Positions 49,890 to 60,328 of a stretch of 64,000 nt of DNA are shown piece by piece (within the stretch, counting starts at the first letter, position 1; each line of letters opens with the position of its first letter). A model generated the notes under the pieces. It had not been told where the DNA came from. It saw only the letters and a program-made list of their open reading frames with translations, and made no database searches. Both the position numbers and the translations under genes were made by a program. The DNA is from Polyangiaceae bacterium (GTDB taxonomy: Bacteria > Myxococcota_A > Polyangia > Polyangiales > Polyangiaceae): positions 2,016,001 through 2,080,000 of the forward strand of contig CBDCTZ010000016.1 in NCBI GenBank assembly GCA_965222375.1, read 5' to 3'.

Positions 49890-50873
49890 ATGAACCGTTC
49901 CCGGCCAGTTTTGTCGCTGATTGCGGCCCTGCTTCTGGGTTGCAGCAGCAGTGGTGTGGGTGGCGGCTCTTTGCCAGACGGTGGAGCGCCGGCCCCGGGT
50001 TTTGGGGGGTTTGGCTCTGGGCCGGGCCCGGGAACCGGCGCCGGCCCGGCAACTGGCACCGGAGCTACGCCAGGCTTCGGAGGCTTCGGCAGTTTCGGCT
50101 CGGGAGGTAACCAAACAGGTGGCACCGGCGCGACGGCCCCGGGTGGCGGAGGAAATGCCGCTACCGGCGGCAGCGGCGGTGGCGCCCAGACCTGCAGCGG
50201 ATGGCCGTCGGGAACCAGCGGCGTCACTCAAGGCAAGACCTTGCCGTCCCACCTCGCTTGGCAAGGCTATGCGGCCGGTCAATCGAATCCGAGCTCCGTA
50301 TCGGTCCAAGATCTCTACGACTGCAACGGGACGCGCGGGGTCAACGCCATCTTGTTCATCAGTGCGAGCACGTCTTGTGGGATCTGCAAGTCCGAGGCGA
50401 GCAAGCTCGAATCCAAGATGCAGTATTGGAAGACCCTTGGCATCCAGGTCGTGACCCTGATGCTCAGCCCGAAGAATGTCGAAGCGGCCAAGTCTTGGAA
50501 GGACGCCTACGGCTTGCATTCCTCGGCAGTGGTATCGGATCCGAACTACTCCATGGCCTACACCACGACGGTGGGCACGCCCCTGCACACCGTGGTCAAT
50601 CCGCGCAACATGCAGGTCGTGAAGACTCAGATGGGTGGAGGTAGCGGCTCCTACTCCGCCCTGGAGACGCTGGCTCAGCAGAACAAGCAAGGCGGCGGTG
50701 GTACCGGTGGCAGCCCCGGTACGGGCGGGTCGACAGGAACCGGCGGTTCCACCGGCGGCTTGAGTTGTATGGGCTATTGCGGCACCGAAACTCAGGTGGG
50801 TGGCTCTTGCTACTGCGACAGCCAGTGCATCCAATACGGTGACTGCTGCCCCGACTACGGGCAGGTTTGCTGA
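49890..50873 (+). CDS. Lipoprotein with redoxin-like domain and C-terminal somatomedin-B-like domain
   Basis: LLLGC; SCGIC; SCMGYC..CYCDSQCIQYGDCCPDY..C. Confidence 0.7.
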   Translation: MNRSRPVLSLIAALLLGCSSSGVGGGSLPDGGAPAPGFGGFGSGPGPGTGAGPATGTGATPGFGGFGSFGSGGNQTGGTGATAPGGGGNAATGGSGGGAQTCSGWPSGTSGVTQGKTLPSHLAWQGYAAGQSNPSSVSVQDLYDCNGTRGVNAILFISASTSCGICKSEASKLESKMQYWKTLGIQVVTLMLSPKNVEAAKSWKDAYGLHSSAVVSDPNYSMAYTTTVGTPLHTVVNPRNMQVVKTQMGGGSGSYSALETLAQQNKQGGGGTGGSPGTGGSTGTGGSTGGLSCMGYCGTETQVGGSCYCDSQCIQYGDCCPDYGQVC

Positions 50874-51285
50874 CTGGAGTCAGCAGCGGGCAACCAGCCA
50901 AGTCAGCCACGACATGCGCTTCCGAAGCCCGCGTTCACGAACCAGTTGCAGCCGGACGCACTCGCCGCCGTGGGTGGCACCCTGTACTGGGGCAACTAGG
51001 ACAAGTGTGAGGCAGGGCCCGACCGTGCCACCTGGCGTGGCAAGGCTGCGCGGTCGGATACGGTCTAGAGGAGTGCGAACATCGGCGTCTGGCTGAAAAC
51101 GGTGGCCTATAGGAACCAAATAGCACCCGCGCAGCAGAACTCACTAGTAGCGCAGCTGCCGACGCTTCAAGGCGTCAGCACCTCGCGGGGGCCCAATGTA
51201 ATCCACTACTTGGAAGCGGTACGGTGATTGCTTGCTCAACCCTGAAACCCGCATCCGATCAACCCTGCGGGAGAGGACTGAGACA

Positions 51286-52683
51286 ATGCGCCGATCACTG
51301 CAAGCAATCATGGCGTCCGCGATCGTTCTCCTCGTGTCAGGATGCGGGCAAGAGGATAGCCTTGCCCCTTCGGGCAGCGCCGGCTCGGCCGGTGCCGGCG
51401 TGAGCACTGGCGGTGCCACTGGAGGGACGGCCGGAAGCGGGACAGGAGAAGGTGGCGCCGGCAGCGGGGGCGTTGCCGGCGGCATGATCGGTGGCTGCTT
51501 CCAACCAGGGGAGCGCCCGTCGACCGTCGGACCCCATGGATTTCACATGCCCGATCTGAACGCCGAACGCGCAACCTACAAGAAGTTTGGGTGGACCTGG
51601 GACGCCGGCGCGGAGCCGGATTACCCCGAGGAGTCCGGCTACAGCGTCTCCAATCCGGACATCCATCATGACACCGAGGGCGACGACCTCTGGACATACT
51701 TGATGATGTACCAGCGTACGAACCAGCGCGGGTATCTGGACCGAGCCAATGCTTGGGCTCGGTACTTCAAAGAGGACTTCGCCAGTTGCGTGGGCTCGAA
51801 GAGCGCGACCCACTGCTACGATCGCACGGCGTTCGGCGCTTGTCACACATGGGGTTGGGGTCTGATCGCGCTCTACGAAATCAACGGCGATCAGCGCGCG
51901 CTGGAAGCTGCCGAACAGATAGGGACCCTCCTCGAGGAACTGTACGGTCCGAATACGACTCACGGCTGCTTGCCCGTCAACGCCTGCACCCAATACGGAG
52001 TCCGGGGGGCTGGTCGACACCTGCTGCTCGCAACGCGCCTCGCTGAGGTCACGGGCAAACAGCGTTGGAACAATTTGCGGGACAAGGTGCTCGACCTGAT
52101 CCTGAACTCCTCCAGCTGGGACGCGCAGCGCGGCATGTACTTCATCGGCGAGTTCGCGACCGACAAGAGACTCTGGAAGGGTGCGTACGCCGCAGGCGCG
52201 CGCGTTGCGATATCCTTTCATATTGGCTGGCTAACCGAGGCATTCGATCATGCCTACCGCACCACAGGGCGCGAAGAGCTCCGTGATCGCATGGTGAAGA
52301 TTGCGGAGTTCGTGAAGGCGCACGGACTGGACCCCACTTACGACTACAATGGCCAGGTCTTCGGAATCGTCGACGGCCAATCATGGAACCGATACGGTTC
52401 CGCGTCGCCGGTCACCTACTGGGATCCAGTGTACACCACCTCGCTCGTCAACACTTTGATGCGCGGCTACCGTTACACTTGTGATTCGAGCTTTCTCGAA
52501 AGTGCGAAGCACTACTTCGAGCGTGGCAACCGCGGCCTACATGGTGAGCCGACGAAGACGGCAACGCCTGACGGCGTGATCCACCATTTCGTGGACACCA
52601 AGTTCTCGTCGTCCAGCGGGTTCTTCTACTTGAAGTACAACAAAGGCGAACTCCAGTATACCTATCTACTATTCGAGGACTGA
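51286..52683 (+). CDS. Lipoprotein, possible alpha/alpha-barrel glycosidase-like fold
   Basis: LVSGC lipobox; repeated helical motifs; GAGAGG RBS. Confidence 0.65.
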   Translation: MRRSLQAIMASAIVLLVSGCGQEDSLAPSGSAGSAGAGVSTGGATGGTAGSGTGEGGAGSGGVAGGMIGGCFQPGERPSTVGPHGFHMPDLNAERATYKKFGWTWDAGAEPDYPEESGYSVSNPDIHHDTEGDDLWTYLMMYQRTNQRGYLDRANAWARYFKEDFASCVGSKSATHCYDRTAFGACHTWGWGLIALYEINGDQRALEAAEQIGTLLEELYGPNTTHGCLPVNACTQYGVRGAGRHLLLATRLAEVTGKQRWNNLRDKVLDLILNSSSWDAQRGMYFIGEFATDKRLWKGAYAAGARVAISFHIGWLTEAFDHAYRTTGREELRDRMVKIAEFVKAHGLDPTYDYNGQVFGIVDGQSWNRYGSASPVTYWDPVYTTSLVNTLMRGYRYTCDSSFLESAKHYFERGNRGLHGEPTKTATPDGVIHHFVDTKFSSSSGFFYLKYNKGELQYTYLLFED

Positions 52684-52745
52684 ACGCTCGCGAGCGGCCG
52701 CGTCGAGTTTGACTTGCCTGTGCCTCCTTCGTCATACTGTCTTCT

Positions 52746-53885
52746 GTGGAGAGTTGTACGTGTCGCCAGAGATTTCTCTTCGCCTCCGTCGCCCTGCTTA
52801 GTGTCAGTTTCCTGGGCTGCACGCTCAGATCTCTTGACGAACTCGGCAGCGAACACTCCGAGGCGAGAAGTGAGCGTCACGTGCCCGGCTGTACTGGACC
52901 CGGCTGGTGTCAACTTAGCGGAACTAGGCTCCGCGACGTGTGCCCGGGCAACGAGTCAGTGTACGGCGATTGCCGCCAGATTGTAGACCGCCACAACAGC
53001 GCGGTCGCTGATCTGGCCCGCAACCGACTCGTCATCTGGGGGGGGGCTTGGTCCGGTGCCAGCTCGGCGTACTGGGGCAACGAGCTGTACGCCCTAGATC
53101 TCACAACGGCAAAACTTGCACGCCTCAACAGTCCGAGCCCGTTGGATGCAAACCACTGCGTGACCGACGAGAACCCAAACACTCGCGACACATTTGACAC
53201 CATGGCATATATGACCAAGGCAGACCGGATGTTCGTGTTCGGGGGCGATCAAGCGTGCGCCGCCGGGTCCGCACAGGAAACGTGGACTCTGGAGATGGAC
53301 ACGCTGGAGTGGCACTTGATGCCACCGACCGGCGGTCCCCCGGAGGTCTCCGGGAGTCGCATTGTCGTCGACTACGATCCCGTGACGGGGTCGGTCTTCC
53401 TCGCCACCTCGGGGGGGCTGTGGAAGTACGACTACGACCTTTCGACCAATACCGGTGCGTACCAGAAGCTCGGGACCGCGGGCATTCAGCGGAGCGCAAC
53501 CGGTCGTGTGGATCCTGTTCGCCACAAATTCGTGGTGATCGGTAATGACCAGGCTGTAGCTTTCGACATCGACCCTGAGGGCGTCTATTCACATGAGGAC
53601 TGGTCGACGGAGCAGTCAGGATGCGACGCTTTGATTAGTGCCAGCTATCCCGGGCTCGCCTTCGACTCTCGAGTCGAACGCTTCGTGGCGTGGCCTAGCG
53701 GTGGTACTGTGATCTACGAGCTCGATCCCGAGTCCTGGACCTGTACCGCGCGAATGGAACCCAGTGGCCCGGGAAACGCGGAGGGCGGCATGCTGGGACG
53801 GTTTCGCTACTTTCCCGATTTCGATGTCTTTACCGCCGTGGTCGACGCCGACCAGGATGCCTTCGTGCTAAAGTTGGCGCGCTGA
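52746..53885 (+). CDS. Kelch-like beta-propeller lipoprotein
   Basis: FLGC; LVIWGG and MFVFGG blades. Confidence 0.65.
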   Translation: MESCTCRQRFLFASVALLSVSFLGCTLRSLDELGSEHSEARSERHVPGCTGPGWCQLSGTRLRDVCPGNESVYGDCRQIVDRHNSAVADLARNRLVIWGGAWSGASSAYWGNELYALDLTTAKLARLNSPSPLDANHCVTDENPNTRDTFDTMAYMTKADRMFVFGGDQACAAGSAQETWTLEMDTLEWHLMPPTGGPPEVSGSRIVVDYDPVTGSVFLATSGGLWKYDYDLSTNTGAYQKLGTAGIQRSATGRVDPVRHKFVVIGNDQAVAFDIDPEGVYSHEDWSTEQSGCDALISASYPGLAFDSRVERFVAWPSGGTVIYELDPESWTCTARMEPSGPGNAEGGMLGRFRYFPDFDVFTAVVDADQDAFVLKLAR

Positions 53886-53925
53886 GCCCTGCTGGAGCGG
53901 AAGCGAATTGGTTTGGGAGCCGGCA

Positions 53926-55281
53926 ATGTCACCTGAAGAGCGCACGCGCTCCCAAGTAGTCGGCGGTGTCCCCGTTCAGCGCAAACCACGGGTCTTGGTT
54001 CTGTGGGACGGGGGATTCCACTCCCGGGACCTGGAGCCTGACCAATCGTTGGTCATCGGTCGCTCGGAGAACAGCGACTTGCAAGTCGACGATGCATCCG
54101 TTTCACGACGGCATGCCAGCGTCGAGTTCAAGGAAACCGTGTACGTGCGTGACTTGGGCAGCACCAATGGCACGCGTGTCGGCGGGACACTTGTGCCCAA
54201 AGAAACGCCGATCGTGGTGCAACCCGGGGAGATCGTCGAGATCGGCATCGCCATGCTGTTGGTGCAACAGCCGACACGTACTGCGCCCGCGACCGCTGGT
54301 TCCAAAGAAACCGCCGAAACGCCAATGCAGCGCTTGCATCGGCTCGCGGGGCTGGTCGCTGCCAGCGACCTCAGTGTAATCTTGGTTGGGGAATCTGGCG
54401 TCGGCAAGGAAGTGATCGCCGAAAAGATTCGTTGTAGCTCCCTACGAGCATCTGCCCCCTTCATCAAACTCAACTGCGCCGCCCTCAGTGAATCGCTGCT
54501 GGAAAGTGAGCTGTTTGGTTACGAGCGCGGTGCGTTCACCGGCGCGGTGCGTGCCAAGCCGGGTCTCGTTGAGGCCGCCGACACGGGAACTCTCTTCCTG
54601 GACGAAATCGGTGAGCTTCCCCTTCCAATCCAAGCCAAACTGCTGCGAGTAGTGGAGACACGCGAAACGACGCGACTTGGCAACGTTACTCCGCAGCGCG
54701 TCGATGTTCGCTTCCTCGCCGCTACCAACCGGAACCTCGAGGCGCTGGTTGCCAGCGGTGGTTTTCGCCAGGATTTGTACTTCAGGTTGAACGGCATCAC
54801 GTTGCCTATCCCACCGCTCAGGGAGCGCCTCGACGAGGTCCCCGCGCTCGCTCGCCAATTCGCGGCTGAAGCCTCGGCACGCCACGGGCGGCCTACTCCT
54901 GCAATTCGAGCGGAGACGTTGAATGGACTTTGCAGCCATTCCTGGCCAGGCAACGTGCGGGAACTCAAGGCCGTCGTCGAGCGTGCCGTCGTGCTGAGTG
55001 CGGGAGAACCGGTTCTCAGCATCCCGCCACCCGAGCAACCTCTGACGCCCGGGGTACCGCCGCGGGAAGTCGCACCGATGCTGTCCGCGCCTCCTCCCGA
55101 GAATGAGCGCGAGGCCATTGAGCGGCGCCGCGCTGAGTTGGAGCGCGAAAGCATCATGAATGCGCTTGCGCAGGCGGCCGGAAACCAGACCAAAGCGGCG
55201 AACATTCTTGGCATTAGCAGGCGAACCCTCCTAAAACGTCTGGACACCTACGGCCTCCCGAGACCGCGCAAAGGCGGTTGA
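53926..55281 (+). CDS. FHA-domain sigma54 enhancer-binding protein
   Basis: IGR..SRRHA..DLGSTNGT (FHA); GESGVGKE, GAFTGA, WPGNVREL; Fis-type HTH. Confidence 0.93.
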   Translation: MSPEERTRSQVVGGVPVQRKPRVLVLWDGGFHSRDLEPDQSLVIGRSENSDLQVDDASVSRRHASVEFKETVYVRDLGSTNGTRVGGTLVPKETPIVVQPGEIVEIGIAMLLVQQPTRTAPATAGSKETAETPMQRLHRLAGLVAASDLSVILVGESGVGKEVIAEKIRCSSLRASAPFIKLNCAALSESLLESELFGYERGAFTGAVRAKPGLVEAADTGTLFLDEIGELPLPIQAKLLRVVETRETTRLGNVTPQRVDVRFLAATNRNLEALVASGGFRQDLYFRLNGITLPIPPLRERLDEVPALARQFAAEASARHGRPTPAIRAETLNGLCSHSWPGNVRELKAVVERAVVLSAGEPVLSIPPPEQPLTPGVPPREVAPMLSAPPPENEREAIERRRAELERESIMNALAQAAGNQTKAANILGISRRTLLKRLDTYGLPRPRKGG

Positions 55282-55321
55282 CAGCCAGTTTCAACGGGCC
55301 GGTGACATTCCTACGTAAGCT

Positions 55322-56749
55322 ATGCTCGGGATGATGAGTGGTGCCTCGGAACCTGGCGTCGCGGGACGGCGTGTCGGTCGCTACATTCTGTACGACGAGA
55401 TCGCATCCGGTGGCATGGCGGCGGTACACCTGGGTCGCCTGGTCGGACCGGTGGGTTTCGGGCGTACGGTCGCGATCAAGCGGCTGCATCGCCAGTTCGT
55501 TTCGGATCCGGAGTTTGTTGCGATGTTCTTGGACGAAGCGCATCTTGCCGCCCGCATCCAACACCCCAACGTCGTTGTTCCGGTAGACGTGGTCACGGCC
55601 GAGCGCGAGCTCTTTCTGGTGATGGACTACATCCACGGCGAGTCGCTGTCGCGCCTCTTGGCGGCTGCGCACAAAAGGCGCGAGCGGGTACCGCCAAAGA
55701 TTGCAGTTGCCATTGTAGTTGACGTGCTTTACGGGCTGCACGCCGCGCACCAAGCCACCGGTGAAAACGGCGAACCCCTCGAAATCGTGCATCGGGACGT
55801 CTCGCCGCAGAACATCCTAGTCGGAGTCGATGGCATCAGCCGCGTCGCGGATTTTGGCATCGCCAAGGCGGCCTCGCGCCTCCAGACCACGAGTGACGGC
55901 CGCGTCAAGGGCAAGTTTGCATACATGTCCCCAGAACAGTTGCGGCGTGGCAATCTCGACCGCCGTACCGATGTCTTTGCTGCCGCTATCGTGCTGTGGG
56001 AAGCACTGACCGGGAAGCGACTCTTTCGAGCCCCTGACCCGGGTGCAAGCGTCCTCGCAGTTCTGGATGGCCCAATCGAGCCGCCGAGCCGCTACGTGAA
56101 AACGCTGCCCTCGGACCTGGACGACGTCGTGCTCCGAGGACTCGCTCGTGAACCCAACAAACGATTCTCGACCGCTCGAGGAATGGCCCGCACGTTAGAA
56201 GCCACGTACCCGTCGGCGAGTCGTGCCGACGTGGGCGACTGGGTCAAGTGCTGGGCCAAGGATGCGTTGCTCTCCAGAGCCGAAAGCGTGTCGGAAATCG
56301 AGAGTAGCTCGAACGACACCTCTTCCCCCGCCGATGCGGCGAGCGTAGAAGCCCCCACTGCAATTGTCTCCGAACCGACCGCGCGTCCAACTGAGCGGCC
56401 AAGCCGCGCGCGAGTGTGGCTGGTCGTATCCTTCGTGGTGCTATTGGCAGTCCTTGCCAGCGCGTGGCGTGTTTTCCGGTCCGAGGCCTCGACGCTCCAT
56501 TTGGCCCGCCTGCCGGTGATCTCTGCCCCGCCGCAGACCGCCAGCGCATCACCCAGTTCCTCCACGGCCCCTTCGGCGGCGACCGAGAAGTCGCGGGCGC
56601 CGGTGACCCCTGCACCCAGTTCGAGGCCGATTGCCAGTTCTCACGCCGCCCCCAAACCGACTAGGAAGCCACGGGCCGACTGTCTGCCGCCCTACACTTG
56701 GGACCCAGTGCGCAAAATCAAAGTCTACAAGGAGCACTGCTTTCAATAG
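55322..56749 (+). CDS. Membrane Ser/Thr protein kinase
   Basis: VAIK, HRDVSPQN, DFG, YMSPEQ; TM helix. Confidence 0.93.
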   Translation: MLGMMSGASEPGVAGRRVGRYILYDEIASGGMAAVHLGRLVGPVGFGRTVAIKRLHRQFVSDPEFVAMFLDEAHLAARIQHPNVVVPVDVVTAERELFLVMDYIHGESLSRLLAAAHKRRERVPPKIAVAIVVDVLYGLHAAHQATGENGEPLEIVHRDVSPQNILVGVDGISRVADFGIAKAASRLQTTSDGRVKGKFAYMSPEQLRRGNLDRRTDVFAAAIVLWEALTGKRLFRAPDPGASVLAVLDGPIEPPSRYVKTLPSDLDDVVLRGLAREPNKRFSTARGMARTLEATYPSASRADVGDWVKCWAKDALLSRAESVSEIESSSNDTSSPADAASVEAPTAIVSEPTARPTERPSRARVWLVVSFVVLLAVLASAWRVFRSEASTLHLARLPVISAPPQTASASPSSSTAPSAATEKSRAPVTPAPSSRPIASSHAAPKPTRKPRADCLPPYTWDPVRKIKVYKEHCFQ

Positions 56750-57021
56750 GTCGCCGCCCCATAAAGCAATGCCATGTCGCCTGGCGTTAGCAACACGCCG
56801 GAGTGATGCTGGACAACCGGCTCAGCAGTGTGGGTCAGCGCTCCATCTGGCGTTACGCGTCTTACTTACCCAGACAAATCTGTCGCAGGCATCCTGGACC
56901 CGCACCAGACTCCTATGGACATGCATCTCTGGCTTTGCTAGATCGAGTGGTCTGATGAGCCACCGGGCAGCACTTGAATTCGTGTTTTGCTGGCTCCGGG
57001 CAGGGGCATGAGTATTCACTG

Positions 57022-57882
57022 ATGCGTGGTGGGTTTCGCTTCCTCGCTGTAGTGTTGTTGTCATGTTCGATGGGCCTTGCCCAGTCTGCCGACACTCGTA
57101 TGTGCTTGAGTGCCCACAAACAGGCACAACTCGACCGTGCGGACGGCAAGCTGAAGGCGAGTCGCGACCAACTTTTCAGGTGCGCGCGTCGGGAGTGCCC
57201 AGCGCCCGTCCGCGCGGAATGCTCAGGCTGGTTGGACGAGGTTAGCGCTGCGCTGCCGACGTTGGTGATCCAGGTGCGCGATGCACAAGGTGCGGACCTG
57301 TCGGACGTGCGCGTATTCGTCGACGGGGAGCTGCTCACGAGCCGGCTTGATGGCAGACCGCTGGACGTCGATCCGGGCGCTCAGACCTTTCGCTTCGAGG
57401 CCAAGGATGGGAGGCGGTTGGAGCAGTCCGTGATTGTGCGACAAGGCGAGAAAGATCGCTTGCTGCAGGTCCGATTCGAACCAGCTAGAGCCCCCAAAAA
57501 CAAGTCGCGCAAGCCGCCCGTCGCGTCGCGGCCGCCGCCAGAAGGTCGACCTGAACCGGGCCAGGGCGCACCAACACTCAGCTACGTGCTCATGGGCGTG
57601 GGTGGGGTGGGTGTCGGTGCGTTCGGCTACTTTGCGGCCACTGGTTTTTCGAGGGAAAGCGATCTGAAAGACCAGTGCGCGCCGCGCTGCTCTCAGTCTG
57701 AGATCGACTCGGTGCGCCACCGGTACATCGCCGCCGACGTCTCGTTGGGTGTGGGAGTCGCCGCGCTTGCTATCGGTGGCTGGTTGTGGTTGGGGTCGGA
57801 TCGCGGCGACAGCCACACGGGTGCCAGCGGGCTCCGACTTGGGCTGGGGACTCGAGGAATCATGCTCGGAGGCCCGCTATAG
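57022..57882 (+). CDS. Exported PEGA-like protein
   Basis: Signal peptide; VRVFVDG..VDPG; C-terminal hydrophobic helices. Confidence 0.7.
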   Translation: MRGGFRFLAVVLLSCSMGLAQSADTRMCLSAHKQAQLDRADGKLKASRDQLFRCARRECPAPVRAECSGWLDEVSAALPTLVIQVRDAQGADLSDVRVFVDGELLTSRLDGRPLDVDPGAQTFRFEAKDGRRLEQSVIVRQGEKDRLLQVRFEPARAPKNKSRKPPVASRPPPEGRPEPGQGAPTLSYVLMGVGGVGVGAFGYFAATGFSRESDLKDQCAPRCSQSEIDSVRHRYIAADVSLGVGVAALAIGGWLWLGSDRGDSHTGASGLRLGLGTRGIMLGGPL

Positions 57883-58080
57883 CGCGGAGCATTGCTTGAA
57901 GTGGAGCTGACGGGCGGGTCTGAAATTTCGACGTCGGGCCCAAGCGCTATGCCACCCGCGCAGACACGGTTGCGCCCGGCGCGGGGCGACTAGCGCAGCT
58001 AGATTCGCAATTGGCGCACCCATCGGCCCCCTGACGTACCGCGACCGCCGATAGTAGCCGTTAAGACCAGTCGCCAGCAA

Positions 58081-58096
58081 TGGCACGGCCATTGCT
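58081..58096 (+). promoter_or_regulatory. Sigma54 (-24/-12) promoter
   Basis: TGGCACGGCCATTGCT fits TGGCAC-N5-TTGCW, 12 nt before ATG 58109. Confidence 0.75.
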
Positions 58097-58108
58097 CCAC
58101 TACACACG

Positions 58109-59584
58109 ATGCGTATCGTTCTCTCCTCGGCTCTTTTAATAGGCGTCACCACGGCGTTGGTTGCGTGCGGCGACGGTCCTGACGCCGGTGGCGCTAGCGC
58201 CGCCGGCGGTTCGGCCACGGGCGGTTCGGCCACGGGCGGTTCGGCCACGGGCGGTTCGGCCATGGGCGGCTCCGCTGGAACGGGTGGTGGGGCTGCGGGG
58301 GCCGCAACCGGAGGAAGTGCCGGGCTGGCTACAGGCGGCGGCCCGGGCACAGGTGGAACGCCCGGCGGCCCCAAGCCGTCGTGGTACACGGCCGCCCCGG
58401 ACAAAACATGGATCGCGATGTCGCAGGCTGCGGGCTCCAAACTCTACAACCACAGCACGATCAACCCGGAGGCTGATGCGGGTTTCGTCCTCGGTTCTGG
58501 CAACGATCATCGAGCGGCTGTCCGCAAGTGGAACGGCGCAACCGCTTCCGGGGATTACTACATTCTCGCCTTTGGCGGCGGACACCGTGGCGGCTCGGGC
58601 AACATCGTCTATCAGTTCGGGCCGCTGTCGAGTGAGACGCCGGATTGGCATTGGTGGTACACGGACCAAGCCGCTTTCCAAAAGCCGTCGAACAATTTGA
58701 ACTGGGCCAACGAGGAGCGTCGAAAGAGCGGCTACTACACGGACGGTCTGCCGGTATCGCGCCACACCTACAACTCCCTCGTCTACGTGCCCGACCTCGG
58801 CGGTGGCGATGGCAATCGGGTCATTGCCTGGGGTGGCGCCGCGATCTGGTCTCCGATAGGCGGCGATTCCACGAAGGCCGCGGCGTCGTTTCACCTAAAC
58901 CCAGACCAGCTTGGCGGCACCTACGACGCGCAGGGTTACCTCCCCGACGCCTACGGTGTTGGTGTAGGGACCGGTGCTGCGTGGGACTCCGTCACCCGGC
59001 GCGTGTATCACTTTGAGACGAACGGCCACAACTTTGCCTGGCTGGACCCGAAGACGAAAACGCGGAACCTCATAAGTGGCAGCATCGCGCTAAGCGGGGT
59101 AACGGCCGCCCTGGCGATTGACCCGAACCGCAGGATTGCGATTACCCATAGGAACGCGGGCGGCGAACACTACCTCGGTGTGATCGACATCGACCACGAT
59201 GGCCGGGTAGGCGGCACCGAAGGCAGCCTCGAGAAGCACACCTATGCGTCCCCCTTGGGGTCTCGGGCTTCGATCGTCTATCATGCGCCAAGTGATGCGT
59301 TCTTCGCATATGACGCAGGCGCGAAAATCTACAAGCTGACGGTGCCGTCAGACTATCGCGCAGGCGGGAGCACCGGGACACTGAATTCGAGTGCTTCCTA
59401 CTCCTGGGTGGCGGTGAAAAACGGTGCGGGGGGCGCAACCCCACCAAGTGATGACGACGAGGGAGGCATCATGTCCCGTTTTCAGTGGGTGGAAAGCATC
59501 GACGCTTTTGCTGTGATCGTTAACTCGGGCCATAGCGCGAGTGACGAGATGTTCGTCTACAAAATCCCCAAGGGCGGTATGTGA
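58109..59584 (+). CDS. Beta-propeller lipoprotein with Gly/Ser/Thr linker
   Basis: LVAC lipobox; FGGGH..SRHTYN motifs. Confidence 0.75.
   Translation: MRIVLSSALLIGVTTALVACGDGPDAGGASAAGGSATGGSATGGSATGGSAMGGSAGTGGGAAGAATGGSAGLATGGGPGTGGTPGGPKPSWYTAAPDKTWIAMSQAAGSKLYNHSTINPEADAGFVLGSGNDHRAAVRKWNGATASGDYYILAFGGGHRGGSGNIVYQFGPLSSETPDWHWWYTDQAAFQKPSNNLNWANEERRKSGYYTDGLPVSRHTYNSLVYVPDLGGGDGNRVIAWGGAAIWSPIGGDSTKAAASFHLNPDQLGGTYDAQGYLPDAYGVGVGTGAAWDSVTRRVYHFETNGHNFAWLDPKTKTRNLISGSIALSGVTAALAIDPNRRIAITHRNAGGEHYLGVIDIDHDGRVGGTEGSLEKHTYASPLGSRASIVYHAPSDAFFAYDAGAKIYKLTVPSDYRAGGSTGTLNSSASYSWVAVKNGAGGATPPSDDDEGGIMSRFQWVESIDAFAVIVNSGHSASDEMFVYKIPKGGM
58205..58264 (+). repeat. 15-bp tandem repeat x4 (GGSAT)
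   Basis: GGCGGTTCGGCCACG three times plus one variant. Confidence 0.9.
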
Positions 59585-59719
59585 TGGCCTGCGTTGATGT
59601 CATCGTTGCCGACCTCACCAGCCAACGGCCTGAAACGCTGCTGCCCGCAGCGTGATACTGCAAGTTGAGACCAGCGCTTGCGCCGCAACACAGACGAGCC
59701 TCCTCGGGCCCATGCTTCC

Positions 59720-60150
59720 TCACTCAAACAAAGTCTGTAGCTCGCATTCCGTGTCCGAAGTCAGATCGCGAATTCCGCAGGCCGTGTCCCCGATTCCGCT
59801 CACGAGCAGATACGCAGCGGCCATGACCAGAACGACGTACCCAGCGGCCCGGTCGCCAGCGTCTTCGGCTGGCCCTTGCCATCGATCCTCGGGTGGGTGC
59901 TCTTTCTTCGCTTTGGCAGAGCTGGCTCCCGATGCGACCGCAGCAATGGCCGCCCCAGCGACGCCGATTTCCACCGGGCCCACACTGGTTGCCACGAGCC
60001 CTCGCGTGCGGCGTAGTCTCAGGTACTCGTGTCGATAGGCCGCGTCATCATCTCGGTATTCGGCGCGCAGGGCGTCCTTGTCTGGGGTGGCGAGTCGAAA
60101 CGCGCAACCAGGCAGAAGTAAGAGCGCGACGACGGCCGCGATCAAAGCAC
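59720..60150 (-). CDS. Hypothetical lipoprotein (start uncertain)
   Basis: LLLLPGC lipobox and hydrophobic segments. Confidence 0.45.
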
Positions 60151-60328
60151 GACGTCTTCGAGCCACTGGTGTGCGCCCCTCATGCAAACGACATGCCCGT
60201 CTTGGCCAGAGGCGAACCTGGCGAAACGCCGCGGTACTCGGGCAGCGAGTGTGAACGCACCGCACAGCTTCCGTGCCCCGCCATCTACAACTGCAGGGCG
60301 CGCACTTGGGCTACACTCCTACGCCTGG

